This document shows, in pieces, positions 43,740 through 57,400 of a stretch of 64,000 nucleotides of DNA. The first letter of the stretch is position 1. Each line of letters starts with the position of its first letter. Where the stretch lies: contig CM022672.1 in assembly GCA_012295275.1 (NCBI GenBank), positions 27,218,001 through 27,282,000 on the forward strand, in the 5' to 3' direction. Position numbers and translations under genes: made by a program. The notes below the pieces were generated by a model that worked only from the letters and a program-made list of their open reading frames with translations, ran no database searches and had not been told where the DNA came from. Origin of the DNA: Chrysomallon squamiferum. Taxonomy: Eukaryota; Animalia; Mollusca.

Positions 43740-46700
43740 ATTTGTCAGATAGGAACATCAAAAGAAAGCTGCCGCCTTTTCAATGACATTACTGTTATAA
43801 CCTACCTCATTAATACTGAGGAATAAAGTATTCACCTATAAAGTAAATTATAACTAATAAGATTTCTTTTACAGTTACTGTTAAAACAGTACGAACATAG
43901 CAAACTTTAAAATTGTATTTCTTGGTTGAAACCATCTTAGCGTATAGACAAATCTAGGTCTATGGTCCAGATCACGTTGTCAAGGAGACGTGAACCAGAA
44001 ACTTCGTTAGCATCAATCCATTCAATTGAACTGATTAAATAACGTCAAAGAAAGTAGTGAAACTAATATTCTCTTTCTGCCACTTTCCTCTATTGATGTA
44101 GACAATGTAACAAACTACCCTTTCTGCACCATTTTCAAGATTCGAGTCACGTAAGGTAAGATCAGGTCATGTGAGGTCAATTCCCATGAAGGATGAACAA
44201 TTCCGTATCGATTTTCTAGTATAAATAAACCTATGGCTGCACAGACATACATCTCACTACAATGACCATCGTTGCCTGGTCGAACTTGTGGTCGATCGTC
44301 ACCGGTCGGTTTAATTGGAATACTGTCGAATAGGCGATAGTTTTTCGAACGAAACATTCGTTCGAGAGGTCTAGTCGTTGACTTATGTGTATCTGTTTTG
44401 CCTGTAATAAATATGGCCAAAGAAATAATTACCTATGATGCCAGAAATGAATGGTTTAGAGTCTGATCATCAATTAGAAGTTCTGTGATAACTAACATTA
44501 TATGTCTGACACAAACACACACATGTACGTCTATTGTTCATTCATCTTTCAGTGTGTTCTATCATTCATTACTGATTGGTGTTAGTTGTATTATATTAAT
44601 TCTGAAGTAGTAAGTTCATTATTAACATCCCTGTCATATTTATTTATTCGGTCGTTCGTTCATTTATTATATTTATGTATTTGTTTTAGTATTTCGTTTT
44701 TAGTTTTGAAAAGCTTTTTCTGAATGGAGAAGAAATATCACAACAACGAACTACCCGAAGTAAAAATAATTTTAAAAGTAGACGTGCGTTGGTGTGTGCG
44801 GGTATGCAGTCTATTGAAATCTAAGCAATAACTAACAGATTACCCTTGACTCGAAAAGAAAATAGCGTGTTCGGAGCACTTTTGATATTCTGACATGCTG
44901 TAATTTAAGTAAATCCCTCTTTTCATTTCAAGCCACACCATCAGTCTTGTCTTGTACAGATAGTGATCCGACGCTAAAACAATCTACAAATTGTCTGACT
45001 TGTTCAAATCTCCGAAAAGCTTTTCAGTCTGTGACCATAGCAACTTATCCTTCGTTGTTACTATCAGAAAATTCTAAGAATAAATTAGAAGGCGATTTTG
45101 CAACAAACAGACGCCATTTCACACACATACACAAAAAAAAAAAAAAAAAAAAATTTATTATAATAATTTCTGGCAAAAAAACCCAACCCTGGATGAGTAT
45201 ATTTTGTCCCATTTGATCTGATAAATTCAGAATATATCACTGATTATTTTTTTGAATTTTGAGAAATTCTGATGAATAATATTATACAGACAAAACGAAC
45301 TGGTAGAGTTTGTCAAAAACGTAACGGTTTCATAATTTTGTCTTGTATGCATTTGGGCAAGATGAATTAGTTATCAATTATCTAAAGGTGAAACATCCGG
45401 TACTTGCTAAAACAACAAACGTTATGTTCCGTGAAAATATTACTGCTGAATCACTAATACTGGCAAGTCTTTCAGACAAGTGTTTGTAACCAGCAGAAAT
45501 CATTTATATCTGGTACGTAATTTCTACGCATTTAACAATATTATTTCCTTTAGTTCTTCACAGCACGTAAAACTTAAAAATGAATTTAGAAATATTGCCT
45601 TCTAATCTGAATATTACTTAACTATCACACTGTATTTAGGCCAGTGTAAATAAAGTACAAAGACTGAATGAATTGTCTGGAGTTATCGGCCTTGATTTAT
45701 GCAATTAAATGAAATCTTAAAAGTACAGTTTCTAGATTTATGTCATGTACTTTTAGACAGTTTTAGCCATTTAAGTGATACTTATATATTCATTAAAGAA
45801 AGAAAGAAAGAAATCATTAATATATTATATTCGCGGAATCGCTCTGAAGGTTACGTATACGTAATAAATCAAAATAATGAAAAGAGCATGAAACTCCGAT
45901 CCACAGACACTGTCGTCTGCTACCAGTAAAATACTGTTTTGAAGATAACAATCTCGGGTTCGTGTGTAGTTATAATCTGTAAAGAATTTGAATCAGGAAA
46001 GCGATTTTATAAATAGAAAGTGTTAAAACTGTAATTTTAAACAAATGATTCCTTCATTTTTGGTTTTTACACTAATTATTACAGATTGACATTCAAAAAT
46101 CCGCCAACCTCCGGACCTGAGGAGTGCCGGATTTTCAAAAATGCTGTATTTTTTATGCTTATATGCTGTATATATTTAACAGAAAATTACTACTTGTATA
46201 CAGCAGCAAATAAATGATAAAATGAGAAGGAATGAGCAGGAATATCTGTTAGCAGGTGCAAGCAAGACTCAACAGCTGATTCTGGAGTACACCACCACAT
46301 TACTACCACTACTACTATTGCTACTACTGCTGCTACTACTACTACCATTACAACTACTACTAATAATAATAACAACAACAACAATAATAATAATATATTT
46401 AGAATTTTGAATTTCCACGAAAAAAAAAAAAATAAATGAATAAAAATTCTTCAGTAATAAATATGCAATACCAAATTAATTTAGTTTCATTTCATAATGA
46501 AATAAGTTTAATTACAAGACTAACGCTAAACAGACTCATGTAATTTATTTTTATGTTTAATGTAACCGATGAATCATGTTAATACGCAAACCGCAAATTA
46601 TACCAATTTGTTTCAAATGGCAAATGACGTCAACAATGAAAAAACACCACAATGGACTGCCCGCATTCATTTTCAAGTCATTTTTCTCGTTTAAAAAATG

Positions 46701-47849
46701 GATATATTTAAGTTATGAAATTTTATTATTTCTGTTAATACTTTTATAGATTTGATGTGGAAATTTAAATAAGTATATCTAGAAAACGTAAAATTTGCTT
46801 TGTTTTCTTAATTTTAAGATACCGTTCATTTATTTAATCCCTTTTGATGTTTTTCGTAGATCAATACTTTAACAGGACATTTAACAAACTGCAAACTCGA
46901 CTAAATATCTCTTTCAAATTCTTGGCCTCTAGGAGTTTATTAAAGATTTTAGTTCATTTTCCCAGCAGGTGATCTGAAAACATTTAGTGTTGACAGTCAC
47001 ACACACGTTATCACTTCAGTAGTCCGCACGAACACACTGGCCAGGTGACACGCTGCTTAATGGTCTTTAACGACGCACAGGTGTTAATACTAATAACAGT
47101 TAGACGTTACCTGGAACCGAATTCAAGGTGAAATAACATCAAGGCTAGCTACGGAATTATGCCGAGTCCAGTGACCTCTCAGGACAAAGTTGTTATTGAC
47201 ACTTCACAAAATGATTGTGTCCCACTGAGACATAACTGCATTTAATTATATGTACATATTAGTTTATTCAGCGATGTGTGCAGATACAATGATCATACAC
47301 ACAGATGCATTCTTGCAAACATTTACACTAATGCATATAGACACGTATATAAACAGACGCGCGCACACACTAACAAAAATATACGCACATACACATACAC
47401 ACATGTAAATGTAAATACAAATAAAAACATAAAGAAAATATAAACAAATAGTTTAAATTTAATACGCATGGCTGAATCTTCTGTGTTTTGTGACATACGC
47501 TATCTCGTAGATTATCATTGACAGCAGCGAGTTTTCTTGGACAAGAAGTACATTATCAACACATCGTGTCTTGTTATTTACCTCATTGTTTACGTTTATA
47601 AAATTTGGATTTGAAAACAGTAAATTAAAAGAACTGTGGGTACAAAATGTCCTGACTCACATATAAATTTTGTATTTATCCTTATGTTAAATTTAATAAT
47701 TTCTGTGTATTTGTAATTCTGACTTATGTCTTAAACGCATATGCTTGCGTATTATCAGAAAGAAAAAAAAAATACATACTGCTAATTAAAAGGTTTTAAA
47801 CTCATTATTTTAAAAAATAAAAAATAAAAAATTATCATTATCATCATCA

Positions 47850-47911
<62 letters not shown>

Positions 47912-50900
47912 TTACCTATTATACTATTGTATCATTTTCTGTAGGTTTCAAATTACGTTTTACCCATCTTTAGTTCTATGAAAAAACTGAGATGCTCTGA
48001 AATTTCTGACATTGTGTTATTAGGCTGCTCCCTTTTTTCTTTATAATAACCATATCATTTTCTACCTGCCAGTGTTTTGTGATGTGTGCTTAAAAACTCT
48101 GGATAAATTGATGTATTCTATCTCATTGATACACCACGCTGTGTTAGTGAATTCCATTCTAGATGTCCTTGTATTTGTTTAGCCACGGTATTCAGCAATG
48201 TGTGTATTCGGCGTGTGTATTCGGCTGGCGATCCTTGGCCGATCTTTATTGAAAACATACAGCACATTTGTGTAGCATCCATCAAAATAACAATGAGATA
48301 TATAAAATCCAAGTACAACGTGATGTATCTAACAACAGTTTTATTTATTGCTAAACTAAAAGTTTTGAAAAAAAAAGAAGTTACACGTCATTAATTTCTA
48401 TTGTCCCTGTTTTATGAGGGTCTGAAGATACTTTGTAGCAATGCAGTGATTATCCTGTGCAGGAAAAATGTTTTATATAGTTTATATTGTCTGCATAAAT
48501 TGACACAATAAAGTCTTGCCAGCAGTATTCACATTCAAGTTAAAATTACATAGTTTTTGCACAGTGATATCCAAGACATTCGTTTAAATGAACAAATATT
48601 TGACGTTTTACTTCTGAGGGAGCACTCGTCCAAATCTGCGATCATAAACCTGCCACAGCCTACCATGCCCTGCTTCTGTTCACCAGCGAGGTGTGTTTTA
48701 TATGCACTTTTACAAAGACGAGAAAAGACAATTATCTTTACAGAGAGAAGAATATGGCTTTCTGTGCACCGTGCACGTCACGGGGAACTACCTGAATGGG
48801 AAACAGCGAACAATGAGTTACAACGAATTTATTTCTTTAACCAAACATTTTTTAAAACATATAGTTATTGTAAATTGTTTGTGTGTATGTGTGTGTGTTC
48901 ATGCATGTGTGTGTGTGTGTGTCAATCAGATTTAAATATAATCTAGAAACTGCTGAGTAAAAGAATATTTAATTGCTATTTGGTCATTGTCTCTGTTCTG
49001 TGTAATAATAATAAAAGGTTACGCACCATGAGTTTTTATTGTCAACATTTTATTACGTTCTAATGATAAATACAGAGAGTTGATAATTATAGTCCAGTGG
49101 ATGATTATATTTTGTTTATATATAGATTTTTAATATATTTATTATAAAGTTTAACTTTGGTTCGTGATAATATTACAATAATGTGTGTCATAATGTAGTG
49201 AAATAAATCGCAAATAAAATTACATTTATACTTCTTCACTTAATAAAGTAAAAAACATGAAATTGAAGGGGAAAAGATAAATAAAACAAATGCATATCAA
49301 TATACTGTATATCAGCATTTTTTCTATGTAACAACAACAACAACAAACACTTGTTTCGTAGGCATATACATTGTATAAACTTCTTTTTTAATTTTAACTG
49401 CAATATGACTTTGAATACATTGTAATATTACTTAGATTAATATTGTTATTTTTTTTATGGTCTGGTAATAAAATGCTGTTATAAACATAATATAATGTAC
49501 ATGCTAGTATGAATTTGAATTTATGTCGGTGCACACATGCATTGTTTTTGCATTATAATTGTTGTCACTGTAATCTAATACAGAAAATAAATATTAAAAG
49601 TTGCTGTAATAATGTGTATTCAGGGAACTAATGAATGAATATCATCATCTTTTGCAGATAATTTCATTTGTTTTCTTTTTCAACAGAAAAATATAAACTG
49701 AAATATTACATCAACTATAAAAGATATTAAAAAAAAAAAAAAAAAAATGGATATACATATCTTAATTCATGGATCATGTATGCCAACAGTAAAGGTGATT
49801 TTTATATTCAGAATTTTTTTTATTTTTTACTTTTACTTTTTACTTTTAATGTATGGTGCTGTTGTGATGTGGACAGTTGATACTGGTAAACACTGCTCCA
49901 TGTAGTGCATTTGCATATGTTTTATTAAGTGTATTTCTTATCAGACCTGGATCTAAGATTTTCATAGATGGAGGTTTACCGGTATAAAAGTTGACAAATC
50001 CAAATCCATTAGGCTGAAAGATTTGATGTTATCTAGTCTGTATGCAAATATGGACAAACTGAGTGAATGGCTAATAGCTTTAAATGTTTGCTGTTGCCTT
50101 TTAAAAAAAAAAAAAAATCATTTGACATTTATACATTTATAGATTTATTAGTCTGTAAGCTCTTGCTATTATTATTTTAAATATCAGCTGAAAGGAACTG
50201 TTGATATGGATATTGTTTCAGTTTGTTTCATCAGATTTCAGGTGGTAAGCAAACATAGGCTGTTTGCTGGAAATAAAAAAATAAGAAATGTTGTTTTGTA
50301 AACAATACTTGATTTCAAAGCTGTTCTTAATACAATGAAAACAAACACAAAAGCAATTTTATGCTCATAACAGAAATATTTTATTTTTTTAATTCAGCTT
50401 TTGCATATTTATTCATATTCTGAATTTGTTAAAAGCAAAATGTTGCATATGATAAAGTAACAAAATATAAAAAAAATCAATCAAAGGGCCATCACTCTTT
50501 CATAGTCCCCAAATTAAAATAATTATTACAAGAAAATCTGTAATTATATCTTATTATAGAAATTTTTAAAAAAAAAAAAAAATTAGTAACAAAAAACAAA
50601 AGAAAATTAACTTCTTTTTCATTTATCACAAACATAGTAATGCCTTAATTAAATTAGAGTTTGCAAGTTAATGTAAAACAACTTCTGTAAAATAAAAACT
50701 TAACAAAACCAGTGCATAATAAAACAAATACACAAAATTGTATGTATGTATTAACAATAACAATGTTTCATTTAAGCTATAATTAAGTGGTAAAAGTAAA
50801 AAGCAATCATACTTTATTCTATTTTTAATTAGAATTTTCAGATTAAAATCAAAATACAAAACCCATAAACTGTCACTTGATTCCAAATGGAAAATACTAA

Positions 50901-51266
50901 GAAATATTTTAAAATTTAAACCCAAGGATGTTCTCTTTATTTAAGTAAATTTAGAAAATAAAAATTTAGAGAAATTATAATATCTTTCATCAATCTTTCA
51001 ATTTAAATCTCAAAATAGCACATTTAGAATGACAATAAATATTTTCTGATAATCAGATGTGCTACAACAAGTAAATATTTTAGAACCACTTTTGAAAAAA
51101 ATTTGCTTACAAAATGTAAATTCAACCAAACAAAAGTCAACAATAAAAAATTAAAAATAGCACCTGTGCATCTTTCTTTACTTTCAAAAAAAAACAAATA
51201 AACTAAAACCAAAAAGCAAAGGCAACCTCCCCAAAACAATGACAACTGTGATACATATTAAACAGA

Positions 51267-51475
51267 TCAGTCATCTTCTCCCAGTAAAGCGAAAGGATTG
51301 GAAGAGACAAAACTAGGAACAGTGTTAACTGTTTTCTGATTGGTTGAGGCAGTCACTTCCTCTTCACTGCTATCTTCACTACTACTGGCTGAAACATTCT
51401 CACCAGAACCACAAGTTTGTAGTGATTTTTGGTATTCTAGAATTTTCTGTGTTTCTTTATGACACTGCCAGAACT
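51267..51475 (-). CDS. GNL1: GNL1 terminal coding exon 13
   Basis: attag|(E)FWQCHKETQKI..SSSEDSSEEE..NPFALLGEDD-TGA (stop at 51269-51267). Confidence 0.92.
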
Positions 51476-54400
51476 CTAATAATAATAATATAATAATAAT
51501 GGAACCAATAATCGAAAATTTTCAAAATAAATAATTTTATTTCAAACAAACTAAATAGTATAAAATAAAAAATACATATTTGTCTTTGAAATATACATTA
51601 ATATTAATTAACCTCTCTCACAGGCACAAACCATACTTTTAATTCATTAGTAGTCTTTATCATCTGGCTTCTTTATTTCATTTGAATGATTGTTTTTCAT
51701 TACTTATTTTTACATTAAAATATATTCTGAAAGTTTAAATATTTTATCATTCTACAATTAGCATAATTTATCAGAAACTTCTTCATTTTCTTTTTTTCTT
51801 TATTTCTTTATTTTTTTTTTAAATAAACAAAATTTTTTCAATGAGGCTGACCTTTTTTCTGTACATACTGTGGAGGTGCAAAACAAAGTCGGAGCCTGCC
51901 TTCGACAGCAAGTCTCAACATTTTATTAGCAGCTCGGTAACTGTCTGGTCTTCCACCCTTGGCAGTCATAAATCCACACTTCACTGCCCATGCTAAACAA
52001 CGAGAAAAAAGTATTTTGTCAAACACATTTATTTTTAAGTAATGTAAAGCAATAAAAACTGAAAAACACATCTCTGCAAATCATGTCAAATAATTTTTAA
52101 AAACAATGAACACAAACTTCTGTTGTTTTTTAAAGTAAATATTTACTGAACTGGTTGATAATGCAATGACTTCTTTCTGTTTAGTAGAAGGATTTCGAAA
52201 TATTATGTTTCAAAAATCACATATTTATTTATTTATTGATTTATTTATTATTATTATTATTATTATTTTAATTTAAAGATATTAATGGCTGCATAAATCA
52301 AAATAACAGAAAATTATAAGTAAAAAAAAAAAGGTAATGTCTTTTTAAATGAACATCTACTCTAACAATGTTAATGCTCAAAATTCAGTGACAAAATTGT
52401 TATCTTTACCTTCACAAATGTCAAAAGCTGACCACTCAAACTGACCGTCTGACTCTGACTTCTTTGGACTGCTTGGCGTCTGCAGTTTCAGTATTTTAGG
52501 GATGTCAATCCTTTCAGCAAGATACTGGACAGCTGAGTAGGGCTCTCTCACCTGGGCTATTGGGTAAATGCCAGACAGAATCTATAACATGAGACAAAGT
52601 GATAAAATTATATAAATATATGTACAAAGAATAAATGAATATTTAAATAACAATTCTAAAAATCTAATATAAGGTGTTACACATGAGGTCATTTCTGTGA
52701 TATAAATACTAATTAAAAAAAATGAAATCATCAAGCCTTGTAAACGGAACATTTATGCCATTGGTTACAAATTATTTTGTCACAAATGTACAAAATTAAA
52801 TGATATTGGCTGGCAAATTAAGCATGCAGTGAACAAACTCACAAATACAACACATCCCCATCACTCTGGACAGTTGGAAATAGAAGAGACCATGTACTTA
52901 TGTCAAATTCAAAATAAAGAAAATTGTATTACACCCAGTTTATAGTTTGTTTGTTTTAGTTTTTTTCAATAAAGTCAGTACAAAATATTAAACAAATATG
53001 CTTTTATCATTATTTTTTCAGCTCACCTGCAATGGTTTTTTGACTAGTGAGGGAAACACCAGCCCAGGACAGTCACACAACCTGACTCTGGGTGTGAGGA
53101 AAATAGTCTGAAAATGTTTTGTGTGGCCTGGAGTTCTTGAAACACTCACAACCTGTAATAAAATCATAATTTGTTTTAGCTGTGACCAAATTGATTCTGT
53201 TGTCACAAAAGTAATATTTTTCAATGCATTTTAAATAATTGTTATAAATATTGTTTATGAACAAATTCTATTAAAATCTTGAAAGTCCAGTTGTTTTTGT
53301 GTTATCCGTAAAATTAAAAAAATAATTTCAACAACCTAAATAAATAAACAAATTTAACAACAAAAAATATAACCCCACAACAAAAACAAGATAAAATAAA
53401 AGAAAAAAGGATATAATAATAATAATAATAATAAAAAATAATAATAACAGCAATAAATTAAAAATTGTTGAAATTTCGGTTACCTTTCTCCCAACAAGAC
53501 CATTTATCATAGACGATTTTCCAACATTTGGATAACCTGTTCATGAAAGAAAATTAATCTGAAAATATGGTAATACCACACAAAAACAAATAGTAAAAAA
53601 TTTCATTATAAACACTGGAAACCATCCCTACATATAAGTATGCACACTTATGTATGCATATACGAATGACAATTACAAACTTGATGTTAAGAATTTAAAG
53701 CAGAGATCAACAAATTATCTAAATATGATACCAGACAAAGAAAATGGTTTAGTTTAAGTATACACTCATGTACACATATACATGAACACATACATATGCA
53801 AACATTTACAGAACCATAAAAATACAGGTATAAAAGACTTTTAATGATGAGTCTAATTAACACACCTACACAACCAATAGTAAGAACCCCATCTCTGAAC
53901 TGAGCGTGTTGTTTAAACGACATGTCCACTTCGAGTTCTGTCTCCACATGACCACATTCTGTTACCCTGTCTACATCATCTCTCTCCTCATACAGTGACT
54001 TCCACTGTGTCAGATCAACTGGAACATACACATTCAATGATCATATTACTACTGTGAATAAATATTTAAACATTTTTAAATCTTTCAAATGAAGTAAAAT
54101 TGAGTACAGGATAGTAAGCTGTCATTTTTGTATTAAGAATAAAAATGTTAAAAGGCACTGAAAAGTATCACAACTATTTAATTCTTTTAATAAAATTAAC
54201 CACTTTCAAATAATAAAAACTTTATAAATGAATATTCATTTATTATAGAAATTCATGACAGAATCATTACTGTCAAATATCACCATCATCACCTGTATTT
54301 AATTTTGAACATAATGATTGCAATAATTATATTAAGATTATTTATTATTTAAAAATATTAAACTCTGAACAAGAAAACACTTCTCACTTTTTCCTTGCAC

Positions 54401-57400
54401 TATATGCTCACAAGCTTCACACAAATCTCTTGGGCCTGTGGCTGGCAAACGTTTGCGCTTTCTTCTTTTCTTGTGCAGAACTGAAATATATAGAATAACC
54501 TTTTTCTTAAATGTCACAAATCACATTCAGCGACAGATTCCAAACATAAAATTTCTCTTGCTAATTGTATATTCAAAACGTAATATAAAAAGAGATGGTA
54601 GAATACTGATAAATAATAATAATAATAACTGTAAAATAAAAAATACACGTGAGATAAAATGCATGTTTATGTGGTGGGGGTTTCTTTTATCTGTCTGTCT
54701 ATATCTAAATCTATATTGAAACAGCTCACCATTTTCACCAGACTGGTCATTCTCTGTGGGTATCTGTGTGTGAGATGTGAAGCAAACAATGTGAAGTTTA
54801 GGAAATCTTGTCTGAAAATAATGTTTCCAGGCGACTACCAGACTAGGAGGAGCCAGATCTGTTTTATTTAAAACGAGAATCATTGGTTTATTCAAGTCTC
54901 TTGTTATGTGGTCGTAGAGAGCTGGAGGAAAGTGCAGTGCCTGAAACACGGTAATAAATTATTTCACAAAGTAATTTCAACCTTTAATCTTTTAATGTAT
55001 TATCTTCAAAATTAGCATGACATGCTGAATATTGAAAAAAATGAGATCATTAAAAGTATGAAATTTAGGATGTTTCAGTGAATGTAACACAAAGGAAATC
55101 TCAAAGAATATGAAGTACAGGATACTCAGACAGGGAATATGATATGTAGGACATTAAGATAAATACGAATTACAACATATTTCAGTGTACAGGTTTCAAA
55201 GAATAAAGAATATAATATGTAGAATTTCTCAGTTACAACATTAAAAAATATGAATGTTTATTAACATAAAATATAGGATATATTCAAGAAGTGACCTGTA
55301 AAATAATATTCATGTGATATATTTAATGATTTAACAAACAGGATATTATTCATAGGATGTAGTCACTAAACTGAAAAACAGGACATTGTTCAGAAGATAT
55401 GACACAAAGGATGTACTCACAGGATGTCTTATGTCAGTGATAAGAAGTAATACATCAGACATTTCTGTGACTCGCCAAAGCTGCCTCCAGGTTTCCAGGT
55501 TCAGTTCAAAATAACTCAGCTCATGAAAGGTGTATTTTTCAAAATCTTCCCCAGATAATCCTGATTGAAGAAATATTTGTGAAAAAAAGGATAAAACATT
55601 TTTTTTAAATAATTATTTTCGGAACGTTTTGTGTTTGAAAATATATAATTAAACAATAGACTGAATTTTGTATTTATCAGAATTAGATCTATACATTTTG
55701 AGCGTAAATCAGATGTTGTTTAAAATGATATAATTATGCTTCACTGGTTTTAAAAATACCTTGAAGTAAACTTCTTCATTGTGTTCAAGTTGCTGTTTAG
55801 TCAGTGAGGTTTTCCAAGGTGGTCTTTTAGGAATATCCAGAACAGTTCCTGGTTTGTAGATATCATCAAGGTCAACTTCCAAACTCTCCTGATAAATATA
55901 TTAAAAAAAATATATATCAAAAATCATTAGACACACATATCTATAATATTGCTGTGTTTCTTATGGGTTTTTTTTTTTTCATTTATAAATAGCTAAGAAA
56001 AAAAATGAAGTCAGTGATTCATTGTATCTTGGTTGAATGTTATACAACTGAGTTAAATTTATAGCCTGGTCCAAACCTCAGTGTAAACAATTTGTCATTA
56101 CCATTCAACAAAACTTGCTGATAATTAATATTACAATCATAGAATGTTTCTCTAAATACAAACCTCAGAAAGCATCTTGTAAGGCTGTCTAGCCAACTGT
56201 TTTCTTTTCTCAATTTCATCTTTGGTTTCTTTTAGAAAAAGTAGTCTGTATCTGAAGTATACCAGAACATTTACATATACATAAATCAGCAGAAAATATA
56301 TAAAAATATGTAAACTTCTTTTTTTATTATTGTTACATAATATTCAAATATAGGGATAAGTTGTAATTTTTTTATATATATATATAAGAAAAACAGATTA
56401 AAAAGTATTCCAAATAAACATTAAAATAATTTACCTTATTTAGTATAATCCAAAACAAAATAAAAATTATTACAAAAATAATAATAATAATAAATAATAA
56501 TTAAAAATACATTCTTACCTGTTTGGGTCGTGTTTCAGATCAGAAAATGATATTTCTTTCAGTTTGGCCAAGTTACTCTCAATGTTATCAGAGGAGAGTT
56601 TAGCTGAACCTTCACTTATGTCAGACTTTGTTTTATCTTCCTCGTAGTATTCATCCTCGTCACTCCCCAGCAGCTGAGAGTCTGTACAAATCAAATAATT
56701 AATAAAGTAAATTTTAACATCTCTAAAAAGAACAAGTGAATTAAAGTTTGCATAAAGGCAAATAAAAACAAAAGTAAAAATACAAACACTGAACAACAGT
56801 ACAACATAATACTGATAAAAAAAATAATATAGAAAAAAGATTTAAAAATTCAAAAATAAAATAAAATAAAATAAAATATAATAAATAAAATGGAAATAAA
56901 CTTCTCAAAACTGAAAATGTATCACAATTATAAAATTTAACTACAAGACAAAGAATGGTAAATTGATATTAAAATATATGAATTTTAACTAAACCTTATT
57001 AATAAACATGAGTGTAAATGCTTTGGATTTTACAATGAAATACTAATTGCTTCAACAGACTAAATTTAAAACAATTCCCAATTCAAAACTTTTATTTAAT
57101 CAGACCACAACACATTTTAAAACAGATATCATATGCTTTCATAATGTTGCCTTTTCATTGGCTTCTTTTATCAATTAGCAGCAAAGAATCTTTTTTTGGA
57201 TATCTTAGTTTTTAGTAAACCAGTTATGAGGTTAAGCAGGAACAGGAAATATCTAATTGATACTTGACTTCAGCATGTTTCAGAGCAATACTCTATCCAA
57301 CAAGCTAGATTTTAAAGTAGATTCCAAAGTTCACAAGTTTTATTATGAACAAAAACAACCTTGTTTCCTGTGTCTTTTGTCCTGCAGCTGTTTTTTCTTC

